NCBI GenBank assembly: GCA_019057635.1
Contig: DXJL01000076.1
Span: 1-13,483, forward strand
Reading direction: 5' to 3'
Origin: Candidatus Heimdallarchaeota archaeon
GTDB lineage: Archaea; Asgardarchaeota; Heimdallarchaeia; Hodarchaeales; Hodarchaeaceae
DNA: 13,483 nt
Part shown: in pieces, positions 8,715-13,483 of the stretch
Layout of the letters: each line of letters begins with the position of its first letter
Position numbering within the stretch: position 1 is the stretch's first letter
The notes under the pieces: generated by a model
The model's database searches: none
What the model saw: only the letters and a program-made list of their open reading frames with translations
Told to the model about the DNA's origin: nothing
Position numbers and translations under genes: made by a program

Positions 8715-10301
8715 TTAAGGTTTTTGAGAAATTAAATTATTGTATCGCTCACGTAGGATTCTGTGAACGATTTTACCAGAGCCTGTTCTTGGTACATCCT
8801 CGTAATCAATAAAAAAGACCTTTTTTGGAACTTTAAACCTTGCTAAATTCTTTTTACAATGATTCATTATCTCATCCGCTAAATCTTCAGTAGCTTCAAA
8901 ATCTGGTGCCAGAACACAAATAACGGTAACTGACTCTCCCCATTTATAATCCTGTAATCCGATCACTGCACATTCAAGTACAGAAGGCATTTCATTAATA
9001 GTTTTTTGTACTGCAGATGGAAAAACATGTTCTCCTCCAGTAATTATCATATTCGCCTTTCTATCAACGAGATATAAATATCCGTCCTCATCTCTTTTAG
9101 CCATATCACCTGCACTGAAAAAACCATCTTCCATACTTTCTACTGATTTTTCTGGCAGCTTATGGTATTTTGTGTGTTGCATTGGACCACGAGAGAATAA
9201 CTCTCCTATTTTCCCTTCAACTACTGGCTTTCGTTTATTATCTAATATTTTAATAATATCAGTCCCAACGCATTCAAGTCCAATTGATCCAGCTTTTTTG
9301 AATTGATCTTCTGGTCTTAGAATTGTAACTAGGCCTGCTTCGGTTGAACCATATGCTTCAAAAAGCCTTACACCCTTGAAAAGCTCCATAACCTCGTATT
9401 TCATCTTTTTAGTTGCGGGAGCAGAGGATGTTAAAAGAGATCGAATAGAGCTAAGATCATACTTTTGCATGATTTCATTTGGGAGGCTAAGAATTAGATT
9501 ATAATGTGTGGGTATCATACTGGTGAATGTGATTTTTTCCTCCTCAAAAATCCGTAAGATATCTTCTGGGTTAAATTGGTATTCAATGTGAACATAAACA
9601 CTTGCCCCAATATATGTAAAAACAAAACCATAAAATGTAGAGTTAACATGGGATAATGGCATTAACACTAAACCGTAATCATCAGGCGTAAAGGAGAATT
9701 CCGCAGCATTGATTAGAAAAAAAGATATGTAGGAGCGATGGGAGCGAACAACACCTTTAGGTTTGCCAGTTGTGCCAGAGGTATATAGAAGAATCCACGT
9801 ATCCTCGAGATTTACCTGTATTGAAGGATATTGTACTTCACCATCTCTTACAATATCCTTGTAATAACTCCAGTTCTCCGCAACTGGCATATCCCCAATC
9901 AAAACATGTTGAAGTTTATCTAGTCCAAATTCAATGATTAAATCCCAACTTTCAATTGTAATGTCATAATATCTATCTTGAACCATGACCATTTCTACTT
10001 CAGCATTTCGAACTATCCAATAAAGATCAGCTGGTAGAAGTCGGAAATTCAGGGGAACAATGATAAGACCTGCTTTTGCAGCTGCGCCGTAAATTTCCAT
10101 AAATTCAACACAGTTATTTAGTAAAACTGCTATTTTATCTCCTTTCTTCAAACCTCTTTTGAGTAAACCGTTTGCTAACATATTTGTTCTTTTATCATAG
10201 TCTCTGAAGGTAAGTGAGCGGTTTTTATCCTTAACTGCTAATTTTTTGGGATATTTAAGAGCATTAACTTTAATTATTTCCCCCAGATGTAACCAATTCA
10301 T
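8715..10301 (-). CDS. AMP-forming acyl-CoA synthetase/ligase (ANL superfamily), substrate unknown
   Basis: LYTSGTTGKPKG P-loop, EAYGSTE, SAGD, VDRK..MIITGGE and PRTGSGKI (A10 Lys) motifs. Confidence 0.92.
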   Translation of the reverse strand: MNWLHLGEIIKVNALKYPKKLAVKDKNRSLTFRDYDKRTNMLANGLLKRGLKKGDKIAVLLNNCVEFMEIYGAAAKAGLIIVPLNFRLLPADLYWIVRNAEVEMVMVQDRYYDITIESWDLIIEFGLDKLQHVLIGDMPVAENWSYYKDIVRDGEVQYPSIQVNLEDTWILLYTSGTTGKPKGVVRSHRSYISFFLINAAEFSFTPDDYGLVLMPLSHVNSTFYGFVFTYIGASVYVHIEYQFNPEDILRIFEEEKITFTSMIPTHYNLILSLPNEIMQKYDLSSIRSLLTSSAPATKKMKYEVMELFKGVRLFEAYGSTEAGLVTILRPEDQFKKAGSIGLECVGTDIIKILDNKRKPVVEGKIGELFSRGPMQHTKYHKLPEKSVESMEDGFFSAGDMAKRDEDGYLYLVDRKANMIITGGEHVFPSAVQKTINEMPSVLECAVIGLQDYKWGESVTVICVLAPDFEATEDLADEIMNHCKKNLARFKVPKKVFFIDYEDVPRTGSGKIVHRILRERYNNLISQKP

Positions 10302-10456
10302 GTTTAATCAAATCTCGGTCGATATTTGTTGGCCGCGAGTACAATAATTCCTTATTGGATTTCCTGATCAGGTAATTGAAATTTTTACGAGGTTTACACG
10401 TATTATTGAAGGAATCAAGGAATCTTATTTAACTTTACAAAACCTACAATTACCAC

Positions 10457-10468
10457 TTATAAATCCTT
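10457..10468 (-). promoter_or_regulatory. Candidate archaeal BRE/TATA promoter for the CoA ligase
   Basis: The minus strand reads AAGGATTTATAA (purine-rich BRE plus TTTATAA) about 155 nt upstream of the start. The AT-rich background makes this tentative. Confidence 0.3.
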
Positions 10469-10741
10469 AGATTATTATCCAACTTTTTCTAATTAAGTAT
10501 TAACTGGTTCTGATTTATCAGGGGTAAGATGCCAATATTTCCAGAAGATTACTCCTGCAAAGATTAGAACAAGAGCGGGAACAAGTGTAAAATATACCAA
10601 AAATCCCTTTTCGTGAGATCACCTTGTACGGCTCTAGGACACGTACAAAAGCGATTACTTGGATAACAATGGGTCGTAAAGTGAAATCTGAGGATATAGA
10701 ATGGTGGGAAAAAAACTACCAATAGCTTCATGGACTCTAAC

Positions 10742-10950
10742 TGTTGATGAGATTTTGTGTTGATGAAAAATCAATTTTGGATTAAACCAAAATTGTTGAT
10801 AAAATTTTGAACAATATGAGTTCAAATTCCAAACTATTACTTCTGTTCTTCTTAAAAAGAATTTTTCGTGGTATCAGAGGAATATTTGCATTTAGGGTAA
10901 TACTTAAAAGTGTTGATGTGTTGATGATGAAATGTTGATTACTTGTTGAC
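10742..10950 (+). repeat. Seven direct repeats of TGTTGA(T/C) in two clusters
   Basis: TGTTGAT at 10742, 10758, 10794, 10911, 10919 and 10933, and TGTTGAC at 10944. All are in the same orientation, in the intergenic DNA upstream of the wHTH gene. Confidence 0.8.
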
Positions 10951-10991
10951 AATCTGTCAAAAACAGGTGATTGACATAGGTAGTGACCCAA

Positions 10992-11258
10992 ATGGCAGCA
11001 ATTGAATCTAAAACCAATGTAAGCGATTTAAACTTAGGGGAAATAGACGAAAGAGTAACAAAATTGCCCAAGTCGGCACGGGAAATATTTCAACTTCTAC
11101 AGACGAATGGCGCTCTTAAACCCCGTGAAATTGGGTTGTACACCTCATTATCTCATAGAACCATTCGCTATGGATTGAAAATACTTGTTGATGCAGGGCA
11201 AATCAAGAGAGTACCCGACTTACACGACTTACGCACTCACTTTTACGCAATTAATTAA
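10992..11258 (+). CDS. Small winged-helix DNA-binding protein (MarR/ArsR-like archaeal regulator)
   Basis: LPKSAREIFQLL..NGALKPREI...TSLSHRTIRYGLKILVDAGQIKRVPDLHDLRTHFY gives an HTH plus wing pattern. Start is ATG 10992 or GTG 10983. Confidence 0.8.
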   Translation: MAAIESKTNVSDLNLGEIDERVTKLPKSAREIFQLLQTNGALKPREIGLYTSLSHRTIRYGLKILVDAGQIKRVPDLHDLRTHFYAIN

Positions 11259-11473
11259 GTGATACTTGAATATAGATTGGATCAGGCAAAATCTTACCGT
11301 TTTCCAATTATCTTGCTTCTTCCTCTCTTTCTTTATTTACTGAAAAACCGAATAGTTCTTAAGAAAGCATGTATTTTGTTTGTATGTATAAATTATCAAA
11401 TATTCATTGAAAGGTTATTCATATACTAAAATAGTTCGCGATAAACCGTAGTAAATTTCATTCGGGTTTCAAT

Positions 11474-12082
11474 ATGAATTCACAAGACTCTTCTAAGAAA
11501 ATTTTGTCCAAGAAACCCTCAGCTGATGTGAATATTTCTCTTAACGATGATTTTCGAGTATTTTTTCAAGAGAATTTTAATGATGTTCGAAGGGAAATGA
11601 AGGTTATTGCTCAGAATGTTCGAGATTCCTTTATTGATATAGAAAATGAAATTCGAGAGATTAAGGTTCTGACTCAAACCAATTTTAAGCGATTAGAATC
11701 CTTAACAGAAGGTTTCATTGTAGAAGAGAGGGAACCAGAACTAATTTCTACAGGTTTAGACATTTTAACTAACATCCCCAGTCATTTACGAAGAACCTTC
11801 AAAGTTATGCTCACAAAAGAGTCTGGTGCTACGGCATTAGAAGTCTCTCTCGTAACTGGAAAGAGTCGTCCACTTGAAAGCGATTATCTTAATCAATTAG
11901 AGCATATGAGTCTCTTGAGGAAAAGACCTGATCCTGAGAACCGAAAACGAGTCATGTTTTTTATCAAATCTAGCGAACCGTGGAAAGACATCACCACTTA
12001 CTCCAATAACGACTCCAACTCACCAGAAGATTTCATTGAGCGACGTCGTCAGGCTGTTCGTGATGCTTCTGAGTTGAAATAA
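11474..12082 (+). CDS. Hypothetical DNA-binding protein with an N-terminal helical/coiled-coil region and a C-terminal winged helix
   Basis: Heptad-like helix FNDVRREMKVIAQNVRDSFIDIENEIREIK, then IPSHLRRTF..ATALEVSLVTGKSRPLESDYLNQLEHMSLLRKR..RKRVMFFI, which fits a wHTH. Confidence 0.7.
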   Translation: MNSQDSSKKILSKKPSADVNISLNDDFRVFFQENFNDVRREMKVIAQNVRDSFIDIENEIREIKVLTQTNFKRLESLTEGFIVEEREPELISTGLDILTNIPSHLRRTFKVMLTKESGATALEVSLVTGKSRPLESDYLNQLEHMSLLRKRPDPENRKRVMFFIKSSEPWKDITTYSNNDSNSPEDFIERRRQAVRDASELK

Positions 12083-12144
12083 TTTTATGCATTCACACGT
12101 ATGAAAACAAGAATATTAAATAGCTAAAAACTGAGCTGAAAAAT

Positions 12145-12942
12145 ATGAAGATTGTTGCATTTCATTCGTATAAAGGTGGAACGGGAAAAACCCATCTTAG
12201 CGCGAACCTTGCCACGGCATTAGCAAGGCGTGGTTACAAAACGGCCATTCTAGATCTTGATTTTCGCGGACCAAACCTGCAAACATTATGTGGAGTTGAC
12301 GCGAAGACGTCTATCAATGATCTCCTGTTTGATCCTGATTTGAACAGTGAAGATATTTTGGTTTCATTTGAAGAAGAGTATAAAATCCCATTATTTGCTG
12401 CTTTTGCTTCTACAGACTTTCGTAAAATGGGGGAAATTGTGCGCGCAGACAAAAAACAGCGTCAACGCTCCTTGAAACGCATTCTAAAGCTTCGTGATGA
12501 ATTAAGTGACGCGAATTTCGATTTCACTATAATTGATACATCACCTGGGGTTCAAATGGAGAGTATCGATGGATTAGTTATTAGTGATGCCACCTGTCTC
12601 GTATTGAAAGCTGATGACTTTGATATAACTGGTACAAAAAGTATGGTTACCCAGCTTTATTCTTTGCTTGATAGTATTAATTACGTTATTTTAAATCGTG
12701 TTGTAGCTGAATCATGCCCTCCCGAAGAAGGTGTCTGGAGTAGTGCAGATCTGGAACAGGTAAAGAAATTCGAAAATACGATTAAAAATGAAATGCGTAT
12801 GGAAGTTCTTACCTCTATTCCTTGTTTTTGTGAGGTGGCCCGTGAAGGTTCTAGAAATATCTTTAGCCTGAAACATCCTGATCATCCTTTCTCTAAACAT
12901 ATCGAAAATCTGGCCACGGCACTATTAGAAGGTTTTAAGTAG
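12145..12942 (+). CDS. MinD/ParA-family (SIMIBI) ATPase
   Basis: Deviant Walker A YKGGTGKT, switch I LDLDFRGPNL, Walker B IIDTSPG and ILNRV. Confidence 0.9.
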   Translation: MKIVAFHSYKGGTGKTHLSANLATALARRGYKTAILDLDFRGPNLQTLCGVDAKTSINDLLFDPDLNSEDILVSFEEEYKIPLFAAFASTDFRKMGEIVRADKKQRQRSLKRILKLRDELSDANFDFTIIDTSPGVQMESIDGLVISDATCLVLKADDFDITGTKSMVTQLYSLLDSINYVILNRVVAESCPPEEGVWSSADLEQVKKFENTIKNEMRMEVLTSIPCFCEVAREGSRNIFSLKHPDHPFSKHIENLATALLEGFK

Positions 12943-12951
12943 ATCTATAAC

Positions 12952-12985
12952 ATAACCCCCTGATAATGGGGTTATATTCCTTTTT
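12952..12985 (+). terminator. Hairpin plus T-tract terminator between convergent genes
   Basis: 8-bp stem ATAACCCC (12952-12959)/GGGGTTAT (12968-12975) with an 8-nt loop, followed by ATTCCTTTTT. Confidence 0.6.
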
Positions 12986-13481
12986 AGATAAACCGACCAT
13001 TGGACATTCGGAATGCTTTATCGGAATACTTTTTCAGTTCCTCATTATGGGAGACTACAAGAATTGCTGTATCACGTTTCGTAAAACTTTTCAGTAATCG
13101 CATAACTGACCCCGCATTATCAACATCAAGATTTCCTGTTGGTTCGTCTGCAAAGATAATCTTTGGTTTTCCGACTAATGCTCGTGCGATTCCAATGCGT
13201 TGTTGTTCGCCCCCTGAAAGTTCATCGGGATAATTATCGACTTTATCCCATAAGCCAACTTGTTTTAGCAGAGAGATTGCTCTTGTTCGGATTTCTTTAC
13301 TTTTGATCTTTAAAGGATACAGGGGACTTTCAATATTTTCTAAAGCTGTTAATGTCCGTATCAATTCCCAATTTTGAAATATAAAACCTATATTTTCTTG
13401 TCGGAATTTCGAGAGCCTTTCTTCTTCCCACCCTGAAATATCCTCATCGTTAAAGATGATTTTTCCTTCGGTAGGTTTATC
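12984..13481 (-). CDS. ABC transporter ATP-binding protein, LolD/MacB/FtsE-like (5' truncated by window)
   Basis: The frame stays open beyond the ORF-track start: DKPTEGKIIFNDEDIS...RQENIGFIFQNWELIRTLTALENI, then LSGGEQQR signature, FADEPTGNLD Walker B/D-loop and VSHN H-loop. Confidence 0.92.
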   Translation of the reverse strand, partial: DKPTEGKIIFNDEDISGWEEERLSKFRQENIGFIFQNWELIRTLTALENIESPLYPLKIKSKEIRTRAISLLKQVGLWDKVDNYPDELSGGEQQRIGIARALVGKPKIIFADEPTGNLDVDNAGSVMRLLKSFTKRDTAILVVSHNEELKKYSDKAFRMSNGRFI

Positions 13482-13483
13482 TA

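Noticed and set aside
10612-10650. ITLYGSR resembling a minimal nucleotidyltransferase GS motif
   Set aside because: There is no downstream DxD and no valid start, so it cannot be called an MNT antitoxin.
10760-10774. FNR-box-like TTGAT...ATCAA
   Set aside because: The spacer is 5 nt rather than the 4 nt of FNR sites, and there is no CRP/FNR gene in the window.
10742-10950. Repeats as a CRISPR array
   Set aside because: The units are only 7 bp with irregular spacing (8-117 bp), and there are no cas genes.
10946-10976. TTGACA hexamers as sigma70 -35 boxes
   Set aside because: There is no TATAAT-like -10 at 16-18 bp, and they are better explained as part of the repeat/palindrome array.
10782-10991. 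69-aa minus-strand ORF
   Set aside because: Low-complexity translation of the repeat-rich regulatory DNA with no motifs, running head-to-head into the wHTH start region.
12951-12975. CATAACCCC...GGGGTT similarity to the T7 terminator (vector contamination)
   Set aside because: Only the short stem matches, the loop differs, and the flanks are continuous native genes.
12234-13233. ORFs 12234-12452(-), 12712-12900(-) and 13000-13233(+)
   Set aside because: Antisense shadows of the MinD/ParA and ABC ATPase genes.

Overview
AT-rich, gene-dense prokaryotic window. It is probably archaeal (GGTGA-type Shine-Dalgarno sites, an SCP2-type thiolase/DUF35 pair, archaeal-style small wHTH proteins); an Asgard-like host is an inference. 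Bases 1-10301 hold an anaerobic aromatic-degradation cluster (lower benzoyl-CoA pathway plus beta-oxidation): partial dch, had, an SCP2-type thiolase coupled to an unusual DUF35-SDR (FabG/PhaB-like) fusion, a glutaryl-CoA-dehydrogenase-like ACAD, oah, a second atypical thiolase, 3-hydroxyacyl-CoA dehydrogenase and an acyl-CoA ligase. A ~680-bp intergenic region follows, with seven same-orientation TGTTGA(T/C) repeats and several inverted repeats. It precedes a wHTH / helical-wHTH / MinD-ParA ATPase module. The window ends in a partial LolD/MacB-type ABC ATPase on the minus strand. All calls rest on motif recognition and recall; no searches were run.
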